This document shows positions 1 to 10,079 of a stretch of DNA of 64,000 nucleotides, piece after piece. The position numbers were made by a program, and so were the translations under genes. Under the pieces are notes generated by a model that had not been told where the DNA came from, searched no databases, and saw only the letters and a list, made by a program, of their open reading frames with translations. Source of the stretch: an uncultured delta proteobacterium (GTDB lineage: Bacteria; Desulfobacterota; Binatia; UBA9968). The DNA is taken from assembly GCA_963745035.1 (NCBI GenBank), contig CAVUVW010000019.1, positions 96,001 to 160,000 on the forward strand, written 5' to 3'. How positions within the stretch are numbered: the first letter of the stretch is position 1; each line of letters starts with the position of its first letter.

Positions 1-413
1 CGCTTCGGATCGGGCGCGAGATATTCTTCGACCAGCCAGCGGTTGACGGCGTGGCAAATCACCGCCGCCAAGGGCTTGTCCGCCATGCCGTTGACCGACA
101 ATGCGATGGCGGTGCCGAAGATGACGGCGATGTCGATGCCTTCTTCGTCCATGTCCGGCAAGCGTTTCAGCGGATCGGTCATCCCCGGGCGGCTGCGCTC
201 GATATGCGCGGCAAAGACCTCGGCGCGATCCTCGCCACCGCCCCAGCGCCGCCTGCCGCCGAGCCGTCCCTCGATCATCAAGTGCGAATAGCCCGAGCTG
301 TCGGTCACTCGACTGGGTGCCCGTTTGGCGAACTCCTTGGGCATCCACTTGGCCAGCTCGGTGTCCGGTTCGTTGCAGTGGCCGTCGGCGTCGATGACTA
401 AATTTCTCGCCAT
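1..413 (-). CDS. Amidohydrolase family protein (Amidohydro_2), N-terminal part; runs off the window start
   Basis: Read manually from ATG at 413: MARNLVIDADGHCNEPDTELAKW..., with the IDADGH metal motif and later DMDEEGIDIAV. Paralogous to 16992..18077. Not in the ORF track because it is truncated. Confidence 0.85.
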   Translation of the reverse strand, partial: MARNLVIDADGHCNEPDTELAKWMPKEFAKRAPSRVTDSSGYSHLMIEGRLGGRRRWGGGEDRAEVFAAHIERSRPGMTDPLKRLPDMDEEGIDIAVIFGTAIALSVNGMADKPLAAVICHAVNRWLVEEYLAPDPK

Positions 414-614
414 GGTTCCTCCATTCGCGCGCGGGATTTGCTCTTTTCCTAGTCGGCTTGCGGGCGAATTGCAAGGTATCTCGTCGACGGCGGCGCGTGA
501 TCGCCGTCACGGCTTACATCCAAGACGCAAATATGTTTCGGAGGAGGGGACTAGAAGAATGCGCGCTGAAACTTCGCCGCGCTGATCGGCGGGTGGTTTA
601 CGAACTCACTTCCG

Positions 615-1643
615 TCAGCGACCGGCGGCGGGCGCGGTCGCGAGCTCAATCCCGAGCTTCGGGAGGCCGAAGCCGCAGCGCGCGCTCAAGAAGCGGTCGA
701 AGTCCGCATCGGCCGCGAATTTGAAACGCACCGCGCCGCTCTGCTCCCAAAGCTCCTGCGGCTTCACCTCGCAGCGGTTGCAGGGCATGCCGTTGAGGCA
801 AGTCTCGGGCGGCGTGCCGGTGGTGATCACCGCGACGGCGGCCGTTCGCGGATCGGCGCCGCGCGCGTCGGCGCGCACGACGACGCCTTTGCCGCGATAT
901 TCGACGCTGGGAAACCGGCGCGCGCCGCGCTCGGGGTTGAGATCGACAGGCGCCTCGGAAAAAACTCCGGCGACGATCTCATGGGTCGCGGCGTCGAACT
1001 CCACTTCCTCGCCGGTGGGCAGGGTGACGATGTTGCGATTTTGCGAATTGACGATCGCCGGCAGATAAGCTCTCGGGAAAAACAGCATGACGCTGTTCAT
1101 CAATTCGCTCAGGCGGAACACGCGGTCGCGCGAGGGCGGCCAGTCGGAGACGAGCAGATGGATGTCCTGGCGGGCGCGTTCATCGAAACGAAATTGAAAG
1201 TCCCTGGTGAAGAACTGGTTCTTCACTGCGTCGCGGTGCGGCGGCAATATGCGGTTGCCGCCGTAGTTGGAGAATTCGAAGCCGACAAGCTTGCTGCCCT
1301 GGCGGGCGACGCGGTAGCGCCAAAAACTGTTTCGTGCCTCTCCCGCCGTCCTGATATTGAGCAGCGTGTTGTAATCGACCCGGCGCGCCGCCAAATCTTT
1401 CTCCGGCGCGGCGATCAGCGATTCCGGCAAAACCCGCGCGATCGTCGGCTGGGGAGGCTTGGCCGCGGCATCGGGCGGCAGCGGCTGCGCCGTCTCCGCC
1501 GTTGGCGACGGTTCCTTGGCCTGTTCCTCTGCCGGCCTTTCGGATGGCGCGGACGGGGATAGCGGCGTCGAGCGACACCCTGAAACGAGCATCGCCCACG
1601 CGAGGACGGCGCCTGCCGTCGATATAATGTTTGTTCTCATCAT
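615..1643 (-). CDS. Hypothetical lipoprotein
   Basis: 342-aa ORF with signal peptide and lipobox (LVSGC), Pro/Ala-rich linker and Cys cluster near the C-terminus; no family recognised. Confidence 0.7.
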   Translation of the reverse strand: MMRTNIISTAGAVLAWAMLVSGCRSTPLSPSAPSERPAEEQAKEPSPTAETAQPLPPDAAAKPPQPTIARVLPESLIAAPEKDLAARRVDYNTLLNIRTAGEARNSFWRYRVARQGSKLVGFEFSNYGGNRILPPHRDAVKNQFFTRDFQFRFDERARQDIHLLVSDWPPSRDRVFRLSELMNSVMLFFPRAYLPAIVNSQNRNIVTLPTGEEVEFDAATHEIVAGVFSEAPVDLNPERGARRFPSVEYRGKGVVVRADARGADPRTAAVAVITTGTPPETCLNGMPCNRCEVKPQELWEQSGAVRFKFAADADFDRFLSARCGFGLPKLGIELATAPAAGR

Positions 1644-1805
1644 GTGAAATCCCGCGCGGCAAAGAGCATTGTGCCGTCTGACGCAGTGTAGCGCAACGTC
1701 CGTGCCGTGGAAGTTTTTGCCCGTTTCTCTCCGTGCGTTGAAAAAATGGCGCCGGGTCGTTCCGTGGCGGCGGCATAAAGAACGATTTGTGAACGGAAAG
1801 GCGGC

Positions 1806-2483
1806 TCAAGGCGCGCTGGGAGCGGATGGAGTGATTTTGCCGAGCTGATGGGCGAGTTGCCCGGCGGTAATGACTCCGGTCGCGGAGACCGGCAGGCCGG
1901 CGGTTTCGAGCGCGCGGGTTACCCAGGTATTGCAAGTGTTCAGCAAACTGAAATGAAGCGTCGAGGGGTAGAAGCGGCTGTAGCTGTACAGGCCGGCTTG
2001 CGCTTGCGCCCGCCCGCGATCGGGCGGGCGCGCAAAGCTTGCCGAGATAAAAGCGATCAGACGATCATAGGCGGGCGCCGACATGCGCATCTCGACGACT
2101 TCCGCTTTCGGGTAGAACCCACGCACATCGCCGTCGAAGCCGACCAGATGAAGCACGCTGCCGCTCGACCAGAACGCCGCTTTCAGAGCCATGAAAAAAC
2201 CGGAATCCGGATTGGGAAAATAATCCTTGTCGCCCCAACTCAATTCGACGAAGCGGGCGCTCGGGAGGTCAGCGATCTCCGGCAGCGCCGCCCTCGCAAG
2301 ATCCTCCTTGCTCAGCACAATACCGGCGTGCCAGGAGTCGTGCACGATGAAAACCAGCGGGCAGCGCGCCTCCTGGGAGGCACAGCGCCAAGCTTCGGCC
2401 GTATGGGTTTGGCCGGCGCAGCCGGCGAGGCAGAAAAGGAGTCCGCTAGCGAGGAAACGCTTGACGAGGAGGACTGCGTTCAT
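1806..2483 (-). CDS. DUF2459 family lipoprotein
   Basis: Lipobox LAGC; motifs WHAGIV, SWGDKDYF, FYPS and NTCNTW are typical of DUF2459. Start placed at MNAVLL. Confidence 0.75.
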   Translation of the reverse strand: MNAVLLVKRFLASGLLFCLAGCAGQTHTAEAWRCASQEARCPLVFIVHDSWHAGIVLSKEDLARAALPEIADLPSARFVELSWGDKDYFPNPDSGFFMALKAAFWSSGSVLHLVGFDGDVRGFYPKAEVVEMRMSAPAYDRLIAFISASFARPPDRGRAQAQAGLYSYSRFYPSTLHFSLLNTCNTWVTRALETAGLPVSATGVITAGQLAHQLGKITPSAPSAP

Positions 2484-2529
2484 GGAGGCAACGACTTCGA
2501 TCCGAAAAGAAATCCGCGCAACGCAGGAG

Positions 2530-4026
2530 TCAGGACGAGCGCTGCGGCCGGTTCGTTCGCTCCATGCGCAGGTGCAGGCCGGCGCGCGCGATATAGACAC
2601 TCGCCGGCGTTTTGCGTTTGGCCAACTGCTCGATCAGGAGCAGCAGCGGCGTGGACGAGCTCGCGTAGTCCGCGGGCGCGCCGGCGGCGCGCAGCGCGGC
2701 GACGGCCTCCTCGCCGGCGAAGTAGCGCAGCAACAGCTCGTCGTCGTTCACGCCGGGACCGCCGAAGTTAGCGCGAAAGTCTTTGAGCGACATTTCCGGG
2801 GGCTTTAACCGAGCAAGCTCCTTGGCGCGCGGGCTGCTCAGGAGCCGGTCTTTCAAATTGGCGTCGATCGATTGCGCTTCTTCTTCGCCCCAAAAGCCGA
2901 GCGCGTAAAGCAGCACTTCGTCGGTGACCTCTTTGTAGCGTTCACCCACCATGACGTTGATGGCCGCCTGCACGCCGAAAAACTGCGAGTAGGGCGTCAC
3001 CATGATCGGGTAGCCGAACTCGGCGCGCACGCGCGACACTTCTTCGAGAACCGCGGGCAATTGATCGAGCTTGCCGAGATTGCCGAGCTGAAAACGAAAA
3101 TTGGAGATCATCCCGCCCGGTACCTGATGCAGTGGATGAAAGGCGTCGTATTCGAGCGGTTTGCCGACCGGCAGGTTCTCCCGCTTGGCGACGGCGGTGA
3201 AATGGTCGCGCACGGGCTTGAGGACTTCCTCGTCGATTCGGGTTTGATAACCGAGCGCCCGGGCGTTCATGGCGACGTTGAAAATGGACGGATTGGACGA
3301 GCCGTCGGCGAGCGGGGGAATCGCGGTGTTGATCGACTTGATGCCGAGCTGGATCGCTTCCAGGCAGCAAAGCGGGCCGAGGCCAGTGTTGCAGTGGGTG
3401 TGAAACTCCACCGGCTTCCCTTTCGCTTCGCGCAAGATCAACGGAACTAGCCGGCGTGTCGCTTCAGGCGTGAGCAAGCCGCCGGGGTCTTTGAAACAAA
3501 TCCGCGCCACGTCGAGCTTGGCGGCTTCCCGCGCGCGCTCGACGAAATATTCGTCTGTATGCTTCGGCGAGATCGAGTAGATAATATTCAGAATCGTCTT
3601 CAACCCAACGCGCTTGGCTGCCGTGACCGCCTCGCGCCAGTAAGACGGGGTATTCGACGGATCCGAAGTACGCAGCTCGTCGATGCCGTTGGCGGCAAGA
3701 CGCTCTAGCCAGAGATCGGCGATGGCGGGCGGCGTGATCTGAAAGGCGAGCATGGAGCGGCTGCGGATCGAGCGCAGGGGCGTGTTGCGCATGCGTTTTT
3801 TTAGCAGGCGAATGCGCTCCCACGGGTCGTCTTTCAGATCGCGCACGCATTTTTTATAGAAGGCCGACGACATGATCTCGGCCGCTTCGAAGCCGGCCCG
3901 GTCGATGTGCTCCGCGATCGGCAGCATCATGCCGGTACGCATGTTGGATGCCCACAGGCTCAGGTGGCCGTCGCGCAAGGTGGTATCGACGAAGAAGACG
4001 TCGCGGTTTGGCTGGCTGTCGGTCAT
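2530..4026 (-). CDS. Pyruvate carboxyltransferase (HMGL-like; oxaloacetate decarboxylase alpha / pyruvate carboxylase B / transcarboxylase 5S-like) without a biotinyl domain
   Basis: DTTLRDG, DPWERIR, FKDPGG, HTHCNTG, HQVPGGM and MVTPYSQ motifs; no AMKM biotin motif. Confidence 0.85.
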   Translation of the reverse strand: MTDSQPNRDVFFVDTTLRDGHLSLWASNMRTGMMLPIAEHIDRAGFEAAEIMSSAFYKKCVRDLKDDPWERIRLLKKRMRNTPLRSIRSRSMLAFQITPPAIADLWLERLAANGIDELRTSDPSNTPSYWREAVTAAKRVGLKTILNIIYSISPKHTDEYFVERAREAAKLDVARICFKDPGGLLTPEATRRLVPLILREAKGKPVEFHTHCNTGLGPLCCLEAIQLGIKSINTAIPPLADGSSNPSIFNVAMNARALGYQTRIDEEVLKPVRDHFTAVAKRENLPVGKPLEYDAFHPLHQVPGGMISNFRFQLGNLGKLDQLPAVLEEVSRVRAEFGYPIMVTPYSQFFGVQAAINVMVGERYKEVTDEVLLYALGFWGEEEAQSIDANLKDRLLSSPRAKELARLKPPEMSLKDFRANFGGPGVNDDELLLRYFAGEEAVAALRAAGAPADYASSSTPLLLLIEQLAKRKTPASVYIARAGLHLRMERTNRPQRSS

Positions 4027-4040
4027 GGTTCTCTCAGGAT

Positions 4041-4114
4041 TGGAGTAATGGAGTATTGGAGTGCTGGGTTCCGGAACCCCAATACTCCATCACTCCAGTA
4101 CTCCAACACTCCAA
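4041..4114. repeat. TGGAGT(A/G) octamer tandem plus inverted repeat (REP-like hairpin)
   Basis: tggagtaa-tggagtat-tggagtgc followed by atactcca-tcactcca-gtactcca-acactcca. Confidence 0.85.
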
Positions 4115-4118
4115 CTTC

Positions 4119-4466
4119 TCAGTCGCGCTTCTTAGCTTCCTCCAGATCCACGTACACTCGCACCCAGTCGTGCGGCGTAGCAGTGTGGCCCTGGCCGGTG
4201 GTGTCTTCGGCGAGCAACACGTCGCCGGGATGGAAGGTCATGCGGCTACCGTCGCCAATGCCGATGTCGACGCTGCCCGATAGAGTGATCACCCAGCGCC
4301 GGTGAGGCGCGCAGTGGTAGTTGACGATGTGCGGCGCGAAGTCGTTTCTAAATAGATATCCCTTAGCGTCGCACGTCTTGTTGAAGAACTCCGAAGTCTT
4401 GCTCGCATCGAGCGCTTCGAAATGTGACTGGCCGTCGTCGCCAGAATATAGCCTGTAGAATTGCAC
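4119..4466 (-). CDS. Small cupin-fold protein
   Basis: RLYSGDDGQSHF, HCAPHRRWVITLSG and GDVLLAEDTTGQGH motifs; GTG start with GGAGG RBS. Confidence 0.8.
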   Translation of the reverse strand: MQFYRLYSGDDGQSHFEALDASKTSEFFNKTCDAKGYLFRNDFAPHIVNYHCAPHRRWVITLSGSVDIGIGDGSRMTFHPGDVLLAEDTTGQGHTATPHDWVRVYVDLEEAKKRD

Positions 4467-4514
4467 GTCTCCCTCCACGTAATTGGCGCGATAAATTCCA
4501 GCGCGCGAACGCCG

Positions 4515-5999
4515 CTAAAGCGGCGTCACGCTCGACGGCGGCTTGCGGTGCCGCGTCGCCTGCTCGTAGGCGTATGCAAACTTGATCATGTTGGCGTCGT
4601 CATAGGGCCGGCCGAGAAAGGTGATGCCAGCCGGCAATCGATCCCGGGTGTACCCGGCCGGCACGACGATCGACGGAACATAAACCAAAAAAGTATTGAT
4701 GTGCGGCGCGCCTTTTTGGTCCACGAAGGGCGGGTTGAGGCCGTCCTTGATCAAGGTCGGTTGGTGCTCCACGGCCTTGTGCACGATCGCGTCAAGCTTC
4801 TTGTCGGCCATGAGTTGCAGCAGATTCGTCATCAGCTCTTCGCGCGCTTTCAGATACTCGTAATGGGCCTCTTCGGTCGGAGTTTTGAGCCAGCGGTCGC
4901 GCGCGCGCTTTTGCACTTTCTGAAATTCCGGCGTGGCCATCGCTTCCTGTCGCGAGCGGTAGGGCGGCTGCTTGCTCCGGTTAAGCCACTGCAGGAAGGC
5001 TTCGTCTTCATCGCGCGCATTGGTCGCGCGTTTCGCGAGCAGCGCGTTGAGTCCGGGAAGCGCGACCGGGTCGATGATCTCAGCGCCGGCGCTTTTCAGG
5101 TCGGCGACGGCTTTGTCGAATACTTCGGTGATCTTGCCGAAATCCTCGGAGCCTGGCTCGGCGTCGTAGCCCATGGATTCGCGCAGTATGCCGATGCGCT
5201 TGCCTTTGAGGCCGTCCTTATCGAGAAACTTGGTGAAGCTTTCGCGCATGCGGTCGACGCCGCGCGCAGTAACGGGGTCATCGGGATCGTAGCCGGCCAT
5301 CACATCGAGGAGCTTGGCCAGATCCGTCACCGTGCGCGCCATCGGTCCGAGCGAGCCGTTGACGGAAGGCCAGCCGGCGTAGACTCCGGAGCGGCTGACC
5401 AAACCCGCCGTCGGACGCATGCCCGCGACCGAATTCCACGTCGACGGGCGGCGGATCGAAGCGAATCCTTCCTGTCCCACCGCGACGGTGCAAAAATTCG
5501 CCGACACGCTCGCGCCCGAGCCGCCGGAAGAGCCGCCGGCCGTGCGCTCGATGTCGTAGGGATTTTTCGTCGAGCCGAAGAGCGAGCCGTGGGTGTCGCC
5601 GCCACCGAGCTCGCCGAGAGTCGCCTTGGCGAGAATGACGGCGCCGGCTTTCTTGAGCTTGTCGACGACGAACGCGTCGCGGTCGGGATAGTAATTCTTG
5701 AACAGCACCGAGCCCAGGGTGGTCGGCATGCCGGCGGCGTCGCACTGGTCTTTGACGATGATCGGAATACCGTGCAGCGGCCCGACCGGGCCGGCAGATT
5801 TAAAGGCGGCGTCGAGCCGGTCCGCTTCCTCGAGCGCTTTGGAATTGACGCTGATGATGGCGTTGATCGCCGGACCGTCTTTGTCGAACGCTTCGATCCG
5901 GTCAAGGTACATTTGAACGAGTTGGCGGCAAGTCAGATCGCCGGATCTATAAGCCGCATGCACGTCGGCAATGGTGGTTTCGATCAAATTGAAGCTCAT
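4515..5999 (-). CDS. Amidase signature family protein
   Basis: GPLHGIPIIVKD, GGSSGGS and SIRRPS motifs (Ser-cisSer-Lys family). Confidence 0.9.
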   Translation of the reverse strand: MSFNLIETTIADVHAAYRSGDLTCRQLVQMYLDRIEAFDKDGPAINAIISVNSKALEEADRLDAAFKSAGPVGPLHGIPIIVKDQCDAAGMPTTLGSVLFKNYYPDRDAFVVDKLKKAGAVILAKATLGELGGGDTHGSLFGSTKNPYDIERTAGGSSGGSGASVSANFCTVAVGQEGFASIRRPSTWNSVAGMRPTAGLVSRSGVYAGWPSVNGSLGPMARTVTDLAKLLDVMAGYDPDDPVTARGVDRMRESFTKFLDKDGLKGKRIGILRESMGYDAEPGSEDFGKITEVFDKAVADLKSAGAEIIDPVALPGLNALLAKRATNARDEDEAFLQWLNRSKQPPYRSRQEAMATPEFQKVQKRARDRWLKTPTEEAHYEYLKAREELMTNLLQLMADKKLDAIVHKAVEHQPTLIKDGLNPPFVDQKGAPHINTFLVYVPSIVVPAGYTRDRLPAGITFLGRPYDDANMIKFAYAYEQATRHRKPPSSVTPL

Positions 6000-6258
6000 A
6001 AACAACCTCCGGATATTTCGTTTAACTACTTGAGCACGGGGGAAATGTCCAGACAGCGGTCGGCGCGACGCGATATAATTGGGTCCAGAGTTCGGCTGGA
6101 ATTCCCACTAAAAGCATGCGGGAATGGCGGCAGAAGAATTCACCCAGGCTCCGCAAGCTGCGGAGCATTAGCTTTTGGCGATTATGATAGTGACTTTGGT
6201 GGCAGGCGATGAAAAGCGCTCCGCCGGAAATGACGGGACTAACTTCCAGTCGAAAAAT

Positions 6259-7140
6259 TCAGTTCTTCTCGGTATCCACCGCTAGATACTCCCGCTCGAT
6301 TTTCTGCCAGTCGTCGAGCCCGACTACGCGATCGCGCTCTTTGAACGTGGTGAGCGAAGCATCAATGGATTCCGTTGTGCCTTCGCGCTTGAGCGTCGCC
6401 AGGGCGTTGCGCATGGCGTGGATGCCGGCGCGCTGCGTTTCCGAAGGGTAGATCGCGATGCGGTAGCCCATTTTCTCCAGACGCTCCGCCGGCAGCATCG
6501 GCGTCTTGCCGCCTTTGAAAACATTCACGAGTAGGGGAATACCAGGTATGCGGCGCGGAATCTCCGCCAGCTCTTCCTCCGATTGCGGCGCTTCGACGAA
6601 GATCGCATCGACGCCGAGCTTGGCGAAAGCTTTGGCTCGGTTGATCGCGTCATCCATGCCGTGGACGGCGCGCGCGTCGGTGCGCGCGATGATGCAAAAA
6701 TCCCGGTCGGTGCGGGCCGCCAAGGCGGCAGCTATTTTTTGCTCGATCTCGGGCAGGGAAACAACTTCCTTGCCGTCCAGATGGCCGCAGCGTTTGGGCG
6801 TGACCTGGTCTTCGATATGGATTGCCGCCACCCCGATACGCTCGAACTCGCGCACCGTGCGCACCAGGTTGACGGCGTTGCCGTAGCCGGTGTCGGCATC
6901 GGCGATGATAGGAATTTTGATCGCCGAGACTACCTGGGCGGCGCGCTCGATCGCCTCCGACATGGTGACGAGGCCGATATCCGGGATGCCCATGCTGCGC
7001 GCCACCGCGCCGCCGCTCAGATAGGCGGCTTCGAAGCCCGCTTCTTCGACCAGGCGGGCGGACAGGCCGTCGAAACATCCCGGGGCGACCAGCAGCTTGT
7101 CGCGCTGCAGCAGCTTTTTTAAAGTTTGGCGCGGGCTCAT
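6259..7140 (-). CDS. prpB: 2-methylisocitrate lyase (ICL/PEP mutase family)
   Basis: DADTGYG, IEDQ, KRCGH and ARTDA motifs; co-oriented downstream of prpC and prpD. Confidence 0.75.
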   Translation of the reverse strand: MSPRQTLKKLLQRDKLLVAPGCFDGLSARLVEEAGFEAAYLSGGAVARSMGIPDIGLVTMSEAIERAAQVVSAIKIPIIADADTGYGNAVNLVRTVREFERIGVAAIHIEDQVTPKRCGHLDGKEVVSLPEIEQKIAAALAARTDRDFCIIARTDARAVHGMDDAINRAKAFAKLGVDAIFVEAPQSEEELAEIPRRIPGIPLLVNVFKGGKTPMLPAERLEKMGYRIAIYPSETQRAGIHAMRNALATLKREGTTESIDASLTTFKERDRVVGLDDWQKIEREYLAVDTEKN

Positions 7141-7231
7141 AGATCACCTCAGATTAGTTCAAGTAGATTCTCATTTAGCGTCGCGCGGGGCTAGCGTCTC
7201 GGAGGTAATCCAAGACGCCGAACGCGAGACC

Positions 7232-8668
7232 CTAAACTCTTTTGGCGAACATATCGGTAAATTTATCTACGGCGGTTGCGTCGAGCGCCGCCGGATTCGT
7301 GCAGAGGCGCCAGATCGCCGCGCACTGCTCCGGCGCGAAGCGCGATACCAGATTGGCTTCGAATTTCTTCATCAGCAGCGGCATGCCCTCGGCGCGCCGG
7401 CGGCGGTGGCCGATGGGATATTCGACGGTGACCTTGTCTGTGCTCGATCCGTCCTTGAAAAACGCCTGCACGGCGTTGGCGATGGAGCGCTTGTCGGGAT
7501 CGAGATAGTCTTCGGTGTATTGGGGATTTTCGACACAGACCATCTTGTCGCGCAGGGTGTCGATGCGGGGATCTTTCGCAATCGCTTCTTCGTAATGATC
7601 CGCCGTGAGATCGCCGAAGATCAACCCGATGGCCGTCATATACTGGATGCAATGATCGCGGTCGGCCGGATTGTGCAATGGGCCGGTTTTGTCGATGATG
7701 CGGATCGCCGATTCGTGCGTGGTAATGACGATCTTTTCCACATCATTCAAGCGATCCTTTACGTTATCGTGGAGCTGGATGGCGCATTCGACCGCGGTCT
7801 GCGCGTGGAACTCGGCCGGGAACGATATCTTGAAGAGCACGTTCTCCATCACGTAAGAGCCGAAGGGTCTTCCCAGTGAAAACGGTTTGCCGCGGAAAAG
7901 AACGTCGTAGTAGCCCCATCCCTTGGCCGTAAGCGCGGACGGATAACCCATTTCGCCTTGGATGGCCATCAGCGCCAGACGCACGCCGCGGCTCGTGGCG
8001 TCGCCGGCTGCCCAGGACTTTCGCGGTCCGGTGTTGGGGGTGTGGCGATACACGCGCAGCGCGCCGCCGTCGGTCCAGGCGTTGGAAAGCGCGCTGATGA
8101 TTTTTTCCTTGTCGCCGCCGAGCATGGCCGTGGCGACGGCGCTGGTCGCCACGCGTACCAGCAGAACATGATCCAAACCGACGCGGTTGTAACTGTTCTC
8201 CAGCGCGAGAACGCCTTGGATCTCGTGCGCCTTGATCATTGCCTGCAAAATATCGCCGACGGTGAAGGTTCTCTGCCGGGCGCGAGTCAGATAGTCGGCA
8301 AGAGCGAGAATGCCGCCGAGGTTGTCCGACGGATGGCCCCATTCGGCGGCGAGCCAAGTGTCGTTGAAATCGAGCCAGCGGATCATCGCGCCGATGTTGA
8401 AGGCGGCGTGCACCGGCTCGAGCTGCCAGTCGGTGCCGGGAATGCGCGCGCCGTTCGCCAACGTCGCGCCGGGAACGACCGGCCCCAGGTGTTTCACGCA
8501 CTCGGGATAACGGAGCGCGAGCAGCCCGCAGCCGAGGGTATCCAAAAGATTGTAGCGCGCCGTGTCGATGGCCTCGCGGTTGTCGGAGAGGAAATTCGCG
8601 GCATACTCCGCGATTTCGACGAGGATCTTGTCCGGCTTGGGACGGACGTTGGAAACGAATGCGCTCAT
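7232..8668 (-). CDS. prpD: 2-methylcitrate dehydratase
   Basis: [43 protein letters not shown] and [10 protein letters not shown] motifs. Confidence 0.95.
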   Translation of the reverse strand: MSAFVSNVRPKPDKILVEIAEYAANFLSDNREAIDTARYNLLDTLGCGLLALRYPECVKHLGPVVPGATLANGARIPGTDWQLEPVHAAFNIGAMIRWLDFNDTWLAAEWGHPSDNLGGILALADYLTRARQRTFTVGDILQAMIKAHEIQGVLALENSYNRVGLDHVLLVRVATSAVATAMLGGDKEKIISALSNAWTDGGALRVYRHTPNTGPRKSWAAGDATSRGVRLALMAIQGEMGYPSALTAKGWGYYDVLFRGKPFSLGRPFGSYVMENVLFKISFPAEFHAQTAVECAIQLHDNVKDRLNDVEKIVITTHESAIRIIDKTGPLHNPADRDHCIQYMTAIGLIFGDLTADHYEEAIAKDPRIDTLRDKMVCVENPQYTEDYLDPDKRSIANAVQAFFKDGSSTDKVTVEYPIGHRRRRAEGMPLLMKKFEANLVSRFAPEQCAAIWRLCTNPAALDATAVDKFTDMFAKRV

Positions 8669-8686
8669 GCTTGCCTCAGAATAGGA

Positions 8687-8768
8687 TTCAAGAGTTCAAG
8701 GTTCAAAGGTTCCATGTTCAACGTCCGAATCCCCCCTTGAACCTTTGAACGGTTGAACCCTTGAACGG
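8687..8768. repeat. GTTCAA / TTGAAC tandem inverted repeat
   Basis: Several gttcaa units followed by several ttgaac units between prpC and prpD. Confidence 0.8.
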
Positions 8769-8770
8769 TC

Positions 8771-9890
8771 CTATCGTTTCGAAATCGGCGTAAACGGCCG
8801 CGGATCGGGTCCGACATAGTCGGCATTGGGTCGGATCAAGCGATTGTCGGCGCGCTGCTCGATAATGTGCGCCGCCCAGCCGGTGATGCGCGAAATGACA
8901 AAGAGCGGTGTGAACATCGCGGTCGGAATGCCGCAAAAGTGATAGGCGCTGGCGCTGTAAAAATCCAGATTGGGGAACATCTTTTTCTCACGACGCATGA
9001 CTTGCTCGATGCGCTCGGAGACCGGAAACAGGCGTCTGTCGTCAATCGCTTTGCTGAGGTTCTTGGACCAAGCCTTGATGACGTCCGAACGCGGGTCTGA
9101 AATTTTATAAACTCGATGGCCGAAACCCATGATGAGCTTTTTCGCGGCGAGCATTTCGAGCAGCCCCTTCTCCGCTTCATCGGCGTTTGCAAACCGTTCG
9201 ATCAGCTCCATCGCGGCTTCGTTGGCGCCGCCGTGCAGCGGGCCGCGCAGCGCGCCGATGCCGCCGGTGACGGCGGAGTAGAAGTCCGGCAAAGTGGAGA
9301 TGATCGTGCGCGCCGTGAACGTGGAGGCGTTGAACTCATGCTCGGCGTAAAGAATCAGCGACACGTCGATGGCGCGCCGGTGCAGCTCGTCGGGCTTTTT
9401 GCCGTGCAGCAAGTGCAACAAATGGCCGGCGGTGCTTTCGTCGTCGGTCTCGGTGTCGATGCGCCGGCCGTTTTCATGAAAATGGTGCCAGTAAAAAAGC
9501 ATCGCGCTGAAACAGGCGGTCAGGCGATTGGCCACCGCGATTTGATCGTGCCCCGGGCCTTCGGGCTCCAAGCGTGCCGAGCATCGAGCAGCCGGTGCGC
9601 ATCACGTCCATCGGATGGGTGCTGCGCGGAATCAGTTCGAGAACCGTTTTCAACGGCGCGGGCAGGCCGCGCAGGGCGCGCAGCTTGGTTTTGTACTCAT
9701 CGAGCTCGGCTTGCTTGGGCAGAGCACCGTAGATCAGCAGATAGGCGACTTCTTCGAACGTGGAATGTTCCGCCAGATCGTGGATCGAGTAGCCGCGATA
9801 GGTGAGTCCTTTGCCTTCTTTCCCCACCGTCGCGATCCCTGTGTGGCCGGCAATAATGCCGGCGAGTCCGGCGCCTGCTTCTGTTGCCAT
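8771..9890 (-). CDS. prpC: 2-methylcitrate synthase, with one frameshift near 9571
   Basis: N-part [22 protein letters not shown] (9474..9890) and C-part [29 protein letters not shown] (8771..9571) join if one base is removed. Confidence 0.88.
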
Positions 9891-10079
9891 ACTGTATTTC
9901 CTCCAAAGCCTATTTGCACCGAATGTGACGGCTATTGCAAGTATCGGGCGCCTCAGGACGCGGTTAAAGCTTTCAGGTCAACGTGCAATGCTCCATCAAG
10001 TCCACGCAGCTCTTGACAGTTTGCCTGGACATTGGATACCGCTGAATGAAGAATTTCCCAGAAGATTAGGAGTGAGCCG

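Noticed and set aside
4461-6212. 583-aa plus-strand ORF
   Set aside because: Antisense shadow of the amidase; long shadow ORFs are common in GC-rich DNA and no motifs were recognised.
6259-7140. PEP mutase, implying phosphonate biosynthesis with the ComDE/Ppd-like genes
   Set aside because: The KRCGH motif and prpCD context indicate a methylisocitrate lyase-type enzyme, and the decarboxylase is more than 50 kb away.
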